A stretch of 64,000 nucleotides of DNA, taken from Candidatus Heimdallarchaeota archaeon (GTDB lineage: Archaea > Asgardarchaeota > Heimdallarchaeia > Heimdallarchaeales > Kariarchaeaceae). The position numbers and the translations under genes were made by a program. Position 1 is the stretch's first letter. Each line of letters begins with the position of its first letter. The notes beneath the pieces were generated by a model. That model was not told the DNA's origin. It did no database searches and saw nothing but the letters and a program-made list of their open reading frames with translations. Below, piece by piece: positions 10,283 to 20,268 of the stretch. The DNA lies in NCBI GenBank assembly GCA_015523565.1, contig WAKA01000204.1:12-64011 (forward strand), written 5' to 3'.

Positions 10283-10729
10283 ATGAGCGAAGAAGAAACA
10301 AGACCAGAAGAAACAACACAGCAGCAACCCAAGAAAAAGGTTACAAAACCAAAATTTGGGATTGCCCACATCTTTTCGTCCTACAATGACACATTTGTAC
10401 ACATAACAGACATTACAGGAGCAGAAACAATCTCATTGAAAAGCGGAGGACAGTTTGTCAAGGCAGATCGACAGGAATCGACCCCGTTTGCAGCAATGAG
10501 AGCGGCATATGCAGCAGCGGCAGAAGCCATTAGCAAAGGTTATACAGGAGTACATGTGAGAATCCGTGCCCCAGGAGGTCATAAAAGCAGGACACCTGGA
10601 CCAGGCGTTCAAGCGGCATTAAGGGCATTGACCCGTGCCAACCTTCGTATTGGCAGGATAGATGAAGTGACTCCATTGCCTCACGACAGTTGTCGAAGGA
10701 AAGGTGGAAGAAGAGGCAGAAGGCAGTAA
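10283..10729 (+). CDS. rps11: 30S ribosomal protein S11 (uS11)
   Basis: [62 protein letters not shown] at 10271-10277, with the ATG at 10283 (the track begins at a TTG at 10280). Confidence 0.95.
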   Translation: MSEEETRPEETTQQQPKKKVTKPKFGIAHIFSSYNDTFVHITDITGAETISLKSGGQFVKADRQESTPFAAMRAAYAAAAEAISKGYTGVHVRIRAPGGHKSRTPGPGVQAALRALTRANLRIGRIDEVTPLPHDSCRRKGGRRGRRQ

Positions 10730-10802
10730 GCTGGAAAAAATTCAAGACAAATTCAGAACAGTTACCTTATCTTTTTTAGGAGAAAACATATTGGGAAATC
10801 AA

Positions 10803-11957
10803 ATGTTTTATGACGACTATACTCAGTTTTTAGCAATACCAGGACCTGTTGAAATGCATCCCAAGGTATACGAGGCAATGAACAGGCATTTGTACGGACA
10901 TAGAACCGATCATTTCAGGGAAATTTATGTGGACTGTGTTGAGAAATTTAAACCGACAATCAACACTAAACAAGAGGTATATTTTTTGGCAGGATCTGGT
11001 TCATTGGGATTGCATGCAGCAATCACCAACTTAGTAAAACCAGGAGACACAGTTGTAAATTTGGTCAATGGTAAATTTGGGGAAAGAGTAGAGCAAATAA
11101 CAGCAAGATTTACAGAAAATCATCATACCGTAAGAGTGGAATATGGTCAGGCAATAAAACCAGAAATGGTAAAAAAAGCACTTGAGGAGAACCCCGATAC
11201 ATCATTGGTGACAATAACCCACAATGAGACATCAACAGGGATTCTTAATCCTTTACCCGAAATTTCAAAGGTTGTACACGACCATGGTGCTCTTCTTATG
11301 GCAGATTGCATTACATCAGCAGGTGGAGATTTAGTTGAAATGGATAAATGGAAGATAGACTTTTTTGTTTCAGGGAGCCAGAAATGTTATGGAGTCCCCC
11401 CTGGTTTGGCATTCATTGCATTCAGCGAAGCCGCCGCAGAAAAGATGAAAGAGGTTCCTAGATCTCAAGACTATTATTCTGATCTGTTAATGTATCGGGA
11501 AAAATTAGCAAAAGCACCAGACACACCCTTTACCCCTGCCGTTAGCTTGATTTATGGATTGCAGGCAAGCCTCGATCTAATCCATGAGGAAGGAATGGAA
11601 AACCGTATCAAAAGACATCGTCTAATGGGCAAAGCATACAGAAATGGATTGGAAGCAATGGGAATAAAATTATTTGCAGAAGAGGGATACAGGAGCAATA
11701 CGGTAACTTCAGCAGTCATTCCAGAAAAAGCCGCAGACTTCATTAAAATCGCAAGACAATTCGGCGTACTTGTTGCAGGAGGGCAAGGAACTCTCAAAGG
11801 GAAAATCTGGAGAGTTGGGCACATGAATACAGTCGGTCCAAGGGAAATCTTGATGATTACAAGTGTCGTGGAACTTGCCTTGAAGCAGGCAGGGGCAGAC
11901 ATTGAATTGGGAAAGGGTGTTCAAGCAACCCTCGAAACATTAAACAAAGCTTATTAA
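10803..11957 (+). CDS. Class V PLP-dependent aminotransferase (serine-glyoxylate / alanine-glyoxylate aminotransferase-like)
   Basis: The N-terminus from the ATG at 10803 is MFYDDYTQFLAIPGPVEMHPKVYEAM. A 'SGSQKCYGVPPGLAF' block carries the PLP lysine in the class V pattern (SGSQK). The track ORF start at 10704 overlaps the S11 gene and is unlikely. Confidence 0.8.
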   Translation: MFYDDYTQFLAIPGPVEMHPKVYEAMNRHLYGHRTDHFREIYVDCVEKFKPTINTKQEVYFLAGSGSLGLHAAITNLVKPGDTVVNLVNGKFGERVEQITARFTENHHTVRVEYGQAIKPEMVKKALEENPDTSLVTITHNETSTGILNPLPEISKVVHDHGALLMADCITSAGGDLVEMDKWKIDFFVSGSQKCYGVPPGLAFIAFSEAAAEKMKEVPRSQDYYSDLLMYREKLAKAPDTPFTPAVSLIYGLQASLDLIHEEGMENRIKRHRLMGKAYRNGLEAMGIKLFAEEGYRSNTVTSAVIPEKAADFIKIARQFGVLVAGGQGTLKGKIWRVGHMNTVGPREILMITSVVELALKQAGADIELGKGVQATLETLNKAY

Positions 11958-12000
11958 TGCTATAAAAAGTTCACAAGTAACAGCAAGAGGATATTTTGCA

Positions 12001-13065
12001 ATGAAAATATGGTTTGAAGCACTTACTGGAAAACAAGCTCTGCTTTTTCATTTTGTGGCAAAATATTTTGAAGAGCGAGGTCATGAGACAATATTTACTA
12101 CGAGAAAATATGACTATGTAGAAAGTAACTTGAAGAGATTGGGTCGTACACGCTTTTATTCAATAGGAACCTATGGGGGTGCTTCACTTAAGGACAAATT
12201 AATTTCAGGAACAAGACGGATTCTTAAGCTTGCAGAGATCATGGATCAAGAAAAACCAGACCTCTTGATATCACTTGCCTCCCCAGATGCGACACGAACT
12301 GCATTCGGATTGGCAATCCCTACAATTCAAGTTAACGACACTCCTCATGCAAAAGCCACTGCACGTTTGACTCTTTCTATCTCTAATGTGTTGGTGCATC
12401 CTGAGGCCATAAATTCAGAAGATTTTCTTAAGCTTGGGATCATTGACATTGTCAAATACAAGGGGGTGGATGAGGTATTATGGATCAAGGATTATGAACC
12501 TTCAAAATCAGTATTGGATTCAATTGGCCTTGAACCGTATACCTATATTGTAGTAAGGTGTGAGGAAAGTAAAGCGGCATATTTCCAAGACATGTACCCT
12601 GAAATTCCACCAGGCAGTACAATTGTCGTAGATATCGTGAATCGTTTAAAGGAATATGGCTCTGATTTGAAAATTGTTGTTTTTCCCAGGTATGAGGAAC
12701 AAAAAGAAGTACTGCAGGGGCTTGACAATGTCATAATTCCAGATGAATCAGTAGACACTCTTTCTGTACTTTATTATGCACGGGCTGCAATGACAGGAGG
12801 AGGAACAATGGGACGGGAAGGGGCATTGCTTGGAACGCCAACACTTTATACATTCCCCCGTGAGCTTGAGGTATCTACCTATATTGCAGAAAGGGGATTT
12901 CCATTGGTTCATTTCCCAGATCACATGAATGCAGTAGAAAAAATCCTAGAACTTGCGGAAATGCCTCGGCTAAGTGAAATGAAACGGAAAGAATTGCTAT
13001 CTAAATTCGAAACCCCAATGGATGGTATATTAAGGGCAATGGACAGGATTAAATTGAAGCTATGA
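12001..13065 (+). CDS. DUF354-family protein (GT-B-like, possibly MurG/epimerase-like glycosyltransferase)
   Basis: 354 aa. The N-terminus MKIWFEALTGKQALLFHFVAKYFEERGHE and the block KPDLLISLASPDATRTAFGLAIPTIQVNDTPHA match, from memory, the archaeal ~350-aa DUF354 family. Its stop overlaps the start of the next gene by 4 nt (13062-13065). Confidence 0.55.
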   Translation: MKIWFEALTGKQALLFHFVAKYFEERGHETIFTTRKYDYVESNLKRLGRTRFYSIGTYGGASLKDKLISGTRRILKLAEIMDQEKPDLLISLASPDATRTAFGLAIPTIQVNDTPHAKATARLTLSISNVLVHPEAINSEDFLKLGIIDIVKYKGVDEVLWIKDYEPSKSVLDSIGLEPYTYIVVRCEESKAAYFQDMYPEIPPGSTIVVDIVNRLKEYGSDLKIVVFPRYEEQKEVLQGLDNVIIPDESVDTLSVLYYARAAMTGGGTMGREGALLGTPTLYTFPRELEVSTYIAERGFPLVHFPDHMNAVEKILELAEMPRLSEMKRKELLSKFETPMDGILRAMDRIKLKL

Positions 13066-14078
13066 ATCTTGAAGTAATTTACTTATTAGGATTTGTTGGA
13101 ACTCTTCTCATTTCTTTTCTTGTTACACCTCTTGTTGCAAGGTTCATGAAAAGAATTGGCAAGGTTGGAAGAGACATTCACAAGGTAAACATGCCAGAAG
13201 TACCTGAATCAGTAGGTCTTGGATATATTTTTGTGTTTGTCTTAAGTATAGGAGTAGGATATTTTCTGGCACCCACATCTTTAGCAAAAAGCAGGTTGGC
13301 AATTATGGGTCTTATTCTATTTTTGGTAATTATCGTTGGACTTTATGATGATTTTAAAACGTTGTCTGCGATCATGAAGCCAGGGATTTTGGTGATTGTG
13401 TCCCTTCCAGTAGTTATATTTCAAGTTGCAGACCCAAAGCCAATCCTCCCTTTTATTGGACCAGTTCGAATTACTTTGGTATATTGGGTAGTAGCGACGT
13501 TTGTTGTGGCAATCACGTCAAATGCTTCCAACATGCTTGATGTCCTTAATGGTTCCATGAGTGGAACATCCATCATGATTGCGTTAACAGCATTTATTGC
13601 AAGCTATATTGTACCCTTGGATACATCCAGCCAATTTGTTGCGAGATATGGCTCATTGACATTAACAGGGGCATTAATTGGATTTTGGTGGTTTAATCGT
13701 TATCCTGCGAAGGTATTTGCCGGAGACACAGGAAGTTTGGGGACAGGGGCAGCATTAGGGTTGATTGCAATATATGGGAAGTTAGAATTTGTATTGATTG
13801 TTGCGCTTTTGGTGCATATAATGAACAGTTTCTCAATCATTACATCAATTGGAGGGTTAAGAGAACGGAGAGACATAAAGTCAAGACCTGTGATTGTAAA
13901 GGATGGAGTAATACACGCCTCTACAGACCCAAAGGCACCGATCACATTGGTAAGGCTATTGGTTGCACGTAAGTCGAAAACAGAAGATCAAATAGTTAAA
14001 GACATCTATATTTTAGTGTTTTATACATGTCTTTTGGCAATTATCACTGCTTTTCTGATAAGGGGTGTATCACCATGA
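13062..14078 (+). CDS. Glycosyltransferase family 4 polyprenyl-phosphate sugar-1-phosphate transferase (MraY/WecA/AglH-like)
   Basis: 338-aa polytopic membrane protein with GT4 signature blocks: LYDDFK, NASNMLDVLNGSMSG (NxxNxxDGxDG-like) and FAGDTGSLGTGAALG. Confidence 0.8.
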   Translation: MNLEVIYLLGFVGTLLISFLVTPLVARFMKRIGKVGRDIHKVNMPEVPESVGLGYIFVFVLSIGVGYFLAPTSLAKSRLAIMGLILFLVIIVGLYDDFKTLSAIMKPGILVIVSLPVVIFQVADPKPILPFIGPVRITLVYWVVATFVVAITSNASNMLDVLNGSMSGTSIMIALTAFIASYIVPLDTSSQFVARYGSLTLTGALIGFWWFNRYPAKVFAGDTGSLGTGAALGLIAIYGKLEFVLIVALLVHIMNSFSIITSIGGLRERRDIKSRPVIVKDGVIHASTDPKAPITLVRLLVARKSKTEDQIVKDIYILVFYTCLLAIITAFLIRGVSP

Positions 14079-14338
14079 TGGAACGAATCATGAATCTTAG
14101 CTCAATCAACAGTATTTTAACAAGTGTATGGCTTATGCTTTTAGGTTTATGCGGAATTATCGGTGCAATGATTGTTGAAATAGAAATCCAGCACTCATAT
14201 GTGGCAATTATTCTTGAGGGAATAGTAAAGGTAGTTGCATCTTTTATTCTTATCATAATTTGGCTTGCAATATGGATACATTTGATGAAAATGACATTGG
14301 CACATGAATTGAAGTTAAATCCAGAATTTGCCGATTGA
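14075..14338 (+). CDS. Small two-TM membrane protein, translationally coupled to the GT4 gene
   Basis: The ATG at 14075 overlaps the GT4 TGA at 14076-14078 (ATGA). The product has two long hydrophobic helices (ILTSVWLMLLGLCGIIGAMIV; VVASFILIIIWLAIWIHL). Confidence 0.45.
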   Translation: MMERIMNLSSINSILTSVWLMLLGLCGIIGAMIVEIEIQHSYVAIILEGIVKVVASFILIIIWLAIWIHLMKMTLAHELKLNPEFAD

Positions 14339-14383
14339 ATCTCTTGCATAAATTTTTTCAAGATATGAACAAGATGAATTTTG

Positions 14384-15316
14384 ATGCAACTAAAAGGACG
14401 ACATTTCAAGACATTGGCAGATTTTTCGAAAGAGGAAATCCAATATCTTCTAGACCTTTCTGCAAAACTTAAGGAAAAGATGAAAAGAAAAGAGGAATAT
14501 AGACCCTTAACAGGTTATTCAATGGCAATGATTTTTCAAAAAAGATCAACAAGAACAAGGGTCAGTACAGAAACTGGTTTTGCATATCTTGGAGGGCATG
14601 CGTTATTCCTTGGGGCAAGTGATATCCAATTGGGAAAGAATGAGACATTGAAAGACACAGCTTTGGTTCTTTCTAGGTTCAATGATTTGATACTTGCAAG
14701 AGTTTTTGACCATTCAAATATTGAGGAATTGGCAAAGCATTCATCAGTACCAGTCATCAATGCCCTTTCAGACACATTTCATCCATTACAAATTCTTGCA
14801 GATTATCTGACAATTCAAGAGAAATTTGGAAAATTAGAGGGATTGACCATTGCATGGGTAGGGGACGGCAATAATGTCCTTCATTCATTCATGACATCCG
14901 CGGCAAAAATGGGAATGAATCTCAGGATCGCCACACCTCCCGATTATCGACCACAGGACGAGGTTATTGCGATTGCAAAAGCAGATGCAGAAAAATATAA
15001 TACAGAACTTCTTATAACATCGGATCCAAAAGAGGCAGTAAAAGGAGCCAATGTCATCGTGACAGACACGTGGATATCCATGGGGCAAGATGCAGAAGCA
15101 GAAGCCAGACTCAAAGCCTTTCAAGGATATCAGGTAACAATGGAATTGGCAAAGGACGCTGCAGAAAACTGGGTGTTTATGCACTGCTTACCCCGAAAAC
15201 CCAATGAAGTAGATGATGAGGTTTTTTACTCAGACAGGTCAATTGTGTTTGATGAAGCAGAAAACAGAATGTATACAGTCATGGCAGTCTCACTTGCACT
15301 TTTGGGGAAGGATTAG
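14384..15316 (+). CDS. argF: Ornithine carbamoyltransferase
   Basis: Motifs [19 protein letters not shown] and a DxxMG-like 'TDTWISMG', at ~310 aa. ATG at 14384 (the track begins at a TTG at 14381). Stop codon is TAG. Confidence 0.9.
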   Translation: MQLKGRHFKTLADFSKEEIQYLLDLSAKLKEKMKRKEEYRPLTGYSMAMIFQKRSTRTRVSTETGFAYLGGHALFLGASDIQLGKNETLKDTALVLSRFNDLILARVFDHSNIEELAKHSSVPVINALSDTFHPLQILADYLTIQEKFGKLEGLTIAWVGDGNNVLHSFMTSAAKMGMNLRIATPPDYRPQDEVIAIAKADAEKYNTELLITSDPKEAVKGANVIVTDTWISMGQDAEAEARLKAFQGYQVTMELAKDAAENWVFMHCLPRKPNEVDDEVFYSDRSIVFDEAENRMYTVMAVSLALLGKD

Positions 15317-15371
15317 CACCTTATCACTGACAAGTAGGAACCCTTTTCTTCAAGAGAGATATTTACAAATT

Positions 15372-16100
15372 GTGGTCGTGACGAAACTTTTGTTTTCACT
15401 TGAAGGGCTTCTACCAGAACAAATTGAAAGCCTTTTCAACCTTTTAAAGAAGCACAATCTTCAAATGACCTATAGACGGTTGGAAGATCTTTCGACACCT
15501 CATGGAAAGATGCTTGTATCTCTTCAAGGAATATTTTCAAAGGAATTTGTTTCTGAATTCTCAAGAATCATCCCACAAATTGTCGCCATGGATTTTGATA
15601 TTTCAAATTACCCAGATGCTCCCTCTCTTCTCATGCAATATTCAACGTTTGTATGGGAATTGAAAAAGAAATTTTTCTTAGGAGTGACTGCCCTCCCCAT
15701 GGAATATGTAAAGAAACTAATTATCGTAACGGAGAATATTGATTTCCTGAAGCTTTTATTGTTGACACCAATGGGATCAGCCATCAAGGATTTTTTGGTG
15801 GTAAAGCCGAAAGGGGCAATTGCGATTGACGACAATACGTTGAATGTCTTTTTACCGACCCATAGAGCAGATTTTGTCTATTATTGGCTAGAGAAACTAT
15901 TCATAAGCAAAGAAATTACTGTTGAATGGTTATCTGGACTTTCAGAAGAGATTCCTGATGATCTTCAACAGAATACAGGCTTGCTTGGAACAGTAGAGGA
16001 AAATCTATCGCATTGGCAATCATTGGCAAAAAAAGGCATAATTGATGATTTTAACATTACATTTCGAGAAGCAATTAAACTATTAGGAGGCAGGCCATAA
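15372..16100 (+). CDS. Hypothetical protein directly upstream of polB
   Basis: The track ORF 15213..16100 overlaps the argF 3' end in another frame. Plausible starts after argF are GTG 15372/15378 or ATG 15465. The ORF ends 1 nt before the polB start. No motif recognised. Confidence 0.4.
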   Translation: MVVTKLLFSLEGLLPEQIESLFNLLKKHNLQMTYRRLEDLSTPHGKMLVSLQGIFSKEFVSEFSRIIPQIVAMDFDISNYPDAPSLLMQYSTFVWELKKKFFLGVTALPMEYVKKLIIVTENIDFLKLLLLTPMGSAIKDFLVVKPKGAIAIDDNTLNVFLPTHRADFVYYWLEKLFISKEITVEWLSGLSEEIPDDLQQNTGLLGTVEENLSHWQSLAKKGIIDDFNITFREAIKLLGGRP

Positions 16101-16101
16101 C

Positions 16102-18873
16102 GTGGCACTTGAGAAATTTCTGGATTGGGAAGAGAATAAACAAGATGCAAAAACAAATGCGACTTCATCCGTAAAATCTCTAGATAAAAAAGGGATCAAT
16201 GAAGAAATAGTGATAAGGGAAGAGAAGACACTTGATGAAAAACCTACAGAAGATGAAATTGATGAAGATGATTTGGTTGATGTAGATGATGAAGTGGATG
16301 AGCCAGAAATTGTAGATCTTCCACCAGATGTTGGGTCTGATGTAAAAAATGTTTATCTTTTGGATTCCGCATATGATGGCATTGCATATAAGGCACGGCT
16401 CACATTTTATAACCAAAAATTCTCAAATCTGTATTATTGGATTGACAAAAGCGACCATCTTCCATATCTTCTTACAGACAAGGATGAAGAGCAAATAAAT
16501 CAGATTAGTCAGATTGTTAAATCCAAGAATTTTAAAGGAACTGAAAAAACCACTAAGTTTTCCTTGTTAAAGTGGAAAGAAGTAACCCTTACCAAAATTT
16601 ACGGAACCACACCAACGGACATAGGTGGAACACCAATTTCGTTCAGAGAATTTATCTTTCCAGCATATGAGGCAAATATACGTTATCATTTCAATTTTTT
16701 GGCAGACGAACAGATAACGCCAGCAACCTTTTATGATGTAAAAGATGGGGAACTCAGGCATTCATCACTTAATCTTTCAGAGAAGGTTAAAAATGAACTT
16801 GAAGAGGAATTTCGTGATGAAATTCCAGAAGAACAGGAAATGTTGAAGGAATATATGCCCCTTTTATTTCAATCAACACCTGAGGTGAAAAGAGCGGCCT
16901 TTGATATTGAGGTTGGATCAGAAAAGGGAAAGATGCCAAATCCACAAAATCCAGTCCATCCAATTATTTCGATTGGATTGGCAGGAAATGATGGGAAGCG
17001 TATTTTTTGGGCACTTAAAAGAAACAATGGGAATGACGAGATCAAAAGCGATACTGTGGAAATTCGAATTTTTGAAGATGAACGAAACCTTTTGGTTGAT
17101 TTCTTCCAAGAAATTGCGAATTATCCTATGCTTGTGACATTTAATGGGGACAATTTTGACAATCCATATCTCTTTAACAGGGCAAAAAGACTAAAGATTG
17201 AAGAAATTCCCATTACCATCCGTAGAAACGAAACAGGATTCATTCATGGTCTTCATTTTGATCTCCATGTGTTTTTTAGGAATGCAGCAATCAGGACTTA
17301 TGCTTTTGGAGCGGCATATGAATATGCGTCATTGGATGCAATTTCAGAGGCATTATTGGATGAAAGAAAGCTAGCACATCCAGATGTGTGGATTAACGAC
17401 ATGAATCTTCAAACACTGATGGAATACAATATGCAAGATGCCGATCTTACGCTTCGTTTAACGACATTTGATGATTCATTAGTAATGCGATTAGTTTATA
17501 TCCTTATGCGAATTACAAAAGTTCCATTTAGCGATTTCACACGTACAAACGTATCAACATGGTTAAAATATTGGTTAATTTATGAACATCGCAAAAGGAA
17601 TTATCTAATACCTTTGAAAGAAGAAATTGCGGGGGTTGGTGGTGGGTCAGGAGAATCCCAAGCGATAATTGAGGGGAAAAAATACCAAGGAGCCATTGTG
17701 ATTGATCCCAAACCAGGAGTTTGGTGGAATGTACAGGTTCTTGATTTCGCATCCCTATACCCATCCATTATTAAGACACGAAATTTATCTTATGAAACAA
17801 TAAACTGTCCACATGAAGAATGCAAAGAAAACAAGGTTCCAGAACTTTCCTATTGGGTCTGTACCAAAAGAGTAGGCATTGTTTCGTTGATGATTGGTTT
17901 TGTCAGGGATGTACGTGTTAAGTATTTTAAACCTAAAAAGAAAGAAAATCCGGGCTATAAAGTTATTGAGCAAGCGCTTAAGGTTCTTATTAATGCAGGA
18001 TATGGAGTGTTGGGGTCTTCGGCATTTGATTTTTATTGTCTTCCAGTAGCAGAATCTACAACAGCATATGCCAGAGACGCGATTTTGAAAACAAAAAAAT
18101 TTGTTGAGCAGGATTTGAAACTTCCAGTACTTTATGGAGACACAGATTCTGTTTTTATTTATAATCCATCAAAGGAGGATATTAAAAAACTAAAAAGATG
18201 GTCTATAGACAATCTGAAGATTGAACTAGGGCTTGATTATGATTTCAGGTATGCCATTTTCACAACAAGGAAAAAAAATTACTTGGGGATTACAAAAAAT
18301 GGGAGACCGATTGTCAAAGGACTTGTCGCAAAGAAGAAAAACACACCGAACATAATCAGGAAGTATTTTGATGAAATGTTGAAAATATTCAGTGATGTGA
18401 AAAATGAAGAGGAACTAGAAATTGCAAAAAACAAGATAAAGAACCTTCTAAAAGAATTGGTGGGCAAAATCAAGAACAATCAGCTTTCAATTGATGATGT
18501 TGTAATCCGAACCACATTTACCAGAAAAGTCAAGGATTATGAAACATGGACACAACCAATACAGGCACTTGCACAACTTCTTGAGGCAAATGTTCCAGGA
18601 GCGGATCAAATTGATGTCGGAGACACTATTGAATACGTTCCCATTCAAAGACCAATAAAAGTCAAGATTTCATCAAACAGATTGTCTTTTCCAATTGGAG
18701 AGATAAGAACTGCAAGTGTCAAACCCGTGCAGCTTGTTGATCCAAAAAATGACTTATTGGGAAAGAATCTAGTAGAGCTAACTAAAACTGCATTTGAACA
18801 GATTATTGAACCCTTGGGAATCAACTGGAAAAAGGATATTGAAGGTCAAAAATCAATTGATGACTTTTTCTGA
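16102..18873 (+). CDS. polB: Family B DNA polymerase (PolB) with acidic N-terminal extension and C-terminal PIP box
   Basis: Exo I FDIEV; motif A DFASLYPSII; motif B KVLINAGYGVLG; motif C YGDTDSVF. The extreme C-terminus QKSIDDFF (18847-18870) is a canonical PIP box (QxxIxxFF). GTG start. Residues ~45-80 are an Asp/Glu run. Confidence 0.95.
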   Translation: MALEKFLDWEENKQDAKTNATSSVKSLDKKGINEEIVIREEKTLDEKPTEDEIDEDDLVDVDDEVDEPEIVDLPPDVGSDVKNVYLLDSAYDGIAYKARLTFYNQKFSNLYYWIDKSDHLPYLLTDKDEEQINQISQIVKSKNFKGTEKTTKFSLLKWKEVTLTKIYGTTPTDIGGTPISFREFIFPAYEANIRYHFNFLADEQITPATFYDVKDGELRHSSLNLSEKVKNELEEEFRDEIPEEQEMLKEYMPLLFQSTPEVKRAAFDIEVGSEKGKMPNPQNPVHPIISIGLAGNDGKRIFWALKRNNGNDEIKSDTVEIRIFEDERNLLVDFFQEIANYPMLVTFNGDNFDNPYLFNRAKRLKIEEIPITIRRNETGFIHGLHFDLHVFFRNAAIRTYAFGAAYEYASLDAISEALLDERKLAHPDVWINDMNLQTLMEYNMQDADLTLRLTTFDDSLVMRLVYILMRITKVPFSDFTRTNVSTWLKYWLIYEHRKRNYLIPLKEEIAGVGGGSGESQAIIEGKKYQGAIVIDPKPGVWWNVQVLDFASLYPSIIKTRNLSYETINCPHEECKENKVPELSYWVCTKRVGIVSLMIGFVRDVRVKYFKPKKKENPGYKVIEQALKVLINAGYGVLGSSAFDFYCLPVAESTTAYARDAILKTKKFVEQDLKLPVLYGDTDSVFIYNPSKEDIKKLKRWSIDNLKIELGLDYDFRYAIFTTRKKNYLGITKNGRPIVKGLVAKKKNTPNIIRKYFDEMLKIFSDVKNEEELEIAKNKIKNLLKELVGKIKNNQLSIDDVVIRTTFTRKVKDYETWTQPIQALAQLLEANVPGADQIDVGDTIEYVPIQRPIKVKISSNRLSFPIGEIRTASVKPVQLVDPKNDLLGKNLVELTKTAFEQIIEPLGINWKKDIEGQKSIDDFF

Positions 18874-18917
18874 TTCTTATGACCGATAACCTTTTAGAAA
18901 TAAAATATAATTGTTTT

Positions 18918-18935
18918 AATTCAAATTTTTGAATT
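18918..18935. terminator. Small AT hairpin between convergent polB and trxB-like genes
   Basis: AATTCAAA-TT-TTTGAATT is an 8-bp inverted repeat embedded in T-runs, in the 134-nt gap between two convergent genes. Confidence 0.25.
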
Positions 18936-19007
18936 AGGACAAATATATAGCCTATCAACAATAAATTTACAGTTCATTTCCATTACATCATCAATTGAAG
19001 AAATAGT

Positions 19008-20189
19008 CTAATGTGTCCTTAGGTATTCCCTCATGCTTAGGGCGGCAGCTGCGCCCTCTCCCATGGCAGAAACAGCCTGCTTGGTTGATCCAGATCGAAC
19101 GTCACCAGCCGCAAACAATCCAGGTGTTTTTGTCATAAGGGTGCCGTCTGTAATTATAAATCCACCTTCATCCAAATCCACAAGATCCTTGACAATATCT
19201 GCATTTGGTGTTAAACCAATAAAAAGAAAAACACCATCTGGGTGAATGGTTTCTTGTTCACCTGTTTTCCTATTTTCGATGATTACACCTTCCAATGTTT
19301 TCTTGGAACCTGCCTTAAATTCTTTAACAACGAAACCAAGTTTTACATCTATGTTTTCTTTTTCATCGACCTTGTCCTGAAGGATTGGTGAAGCCTTTGG
19401 TGTCGATCTCACAAGAATGGTCACTTTCTTCAAATGCTGTGCAAGAAAGAGAGATTCCTCATAAGCAGAATTTCCTCCACCGACAACAATAACCTCTTTG
19501 TTTTTGTACCAAATAAAATCGCATGTAGCACAGAAATGTATTTTATAGCCTATCAATTCATCTTCACCAGGGACGCCCAATTTCCGGTATCTGGATCCAG
19601 TGGCAATAAGCATGGCTTTTCCAGAAGTTTCTTTTCCACTTTTTGATTTTGCCACAAGAATTCCATTTTCAACAAATACTTTTTCCACTTCAGTTGCCTT
19701 TAAAAATTCCACTCCAAATTGTTCAGTCTGCTTGACAATCCTTCTTGCCAACTCTGCGCCAGCAATTCCTTCTGGAAATCCAGGATAATTGTCCAATCTT
19801 TCAGTAAAACCTGCTTGCCCACCTAAAGATGCACGTTCAACTACAACAACGTCATATCCGTCTCTTGCATTATAAAGTGCAGCAGTTAATCCTGCTGGTC
19901 CGCCACCAACAATTACAATATCATGGAAATCATGACCCAAGTCACTTACAAGACCAAGTTTTTCCGCAAGTTCTGCATTTGAGGGTTCCACCAATACAGT
20001 TCCATCACTCAAAACGATAGTAGGTACCTTTCGTTTCCCATTGTTGATTTTCATGACAAATTCTGCTGCGTCAGGGTTGTTTTCAATATCTATCCAATTG
20101 TAAGGGATTCTGTGTTCCCCTAGAAATTGTTTGGCTCGTTTACAATCGCTGCACCATGATGTGCCATAGAACTTTTCAATTTCAACCAT
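19008..20189 (-). CDS. trxB: Glutaredoxin/thioredoxin-like domain fused to thioredoxin-disulfide reductase
   Basis: N-terminal ~85 aa: YGTSWCSDCKRAKQFL..VPTIVLSDG (CxxC thioredoxin fold). The rest has an FAD motif IVGGGPAGLTAA, the redox-active CATCD, an NAD(P)H motif VVGGGNSAYEE, and the C-terminal GLFAAGDV. Confidence 0.85.
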   Translation of the reverse strand: MVEIEKFYGTSWCSDCKRAKQFLGEHRIPYNWIDIENNPDAAEFVMKINNGKRKVPTIVLSDGTVLVEPSNAELAEKLGLVSDLGHDFHDIVIVGGGPAGLTAALYNARDGYDVVVVERASLGGQAGFTERLDNYPGFPEGIAGAELARRIVKQTEQFGVEFLKATEVEKVFVENGILVAKSKSGKETSGKAMLIATGSRYRKLGVPGEDELIGYKIHFCATCDFIWYKNKEVIVVGGGNSAYEESLFLAQHLKKVTILVRSTPKASPILQDKVDEKENIDVKLGFVVKEFKAGSKKTLEGVIIENRKTGEQETIHPDGVFLFIGLTPNADIVKDLVDLDEGGFIITDGTLMTKTPGLFAAGDVRSGSTKQAVSAMGEGAAAALSMREYLRTH

Positions 20190-20268
20190 GATGATTTTTA
20201 TGGTAAGAATAATTAAAACGATTTCCTACTAAATTTGTAACAAAATTAAATTAACATATCAATTTTTC

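Noticed and set aside
10704-10802. N-terminal extension of the class V aminotransferase ORF, overlapping the S11 gene
   Set aside because: The extension ([14 protein letters not shown]...) overlaps the S11 3' end. Aminotransferase homology begins near the ATG at 10803, so the extension is probably not translated.
15213-15371. 5' part of track ORF 15213..16100, overlapping the argF 3' end
   Set aside because: It overlaps a well-supported OTC gene by >100 nt in a different frame. A start after the argF stop (GTG 15372/15378 or ATG 15465) is more plausible.
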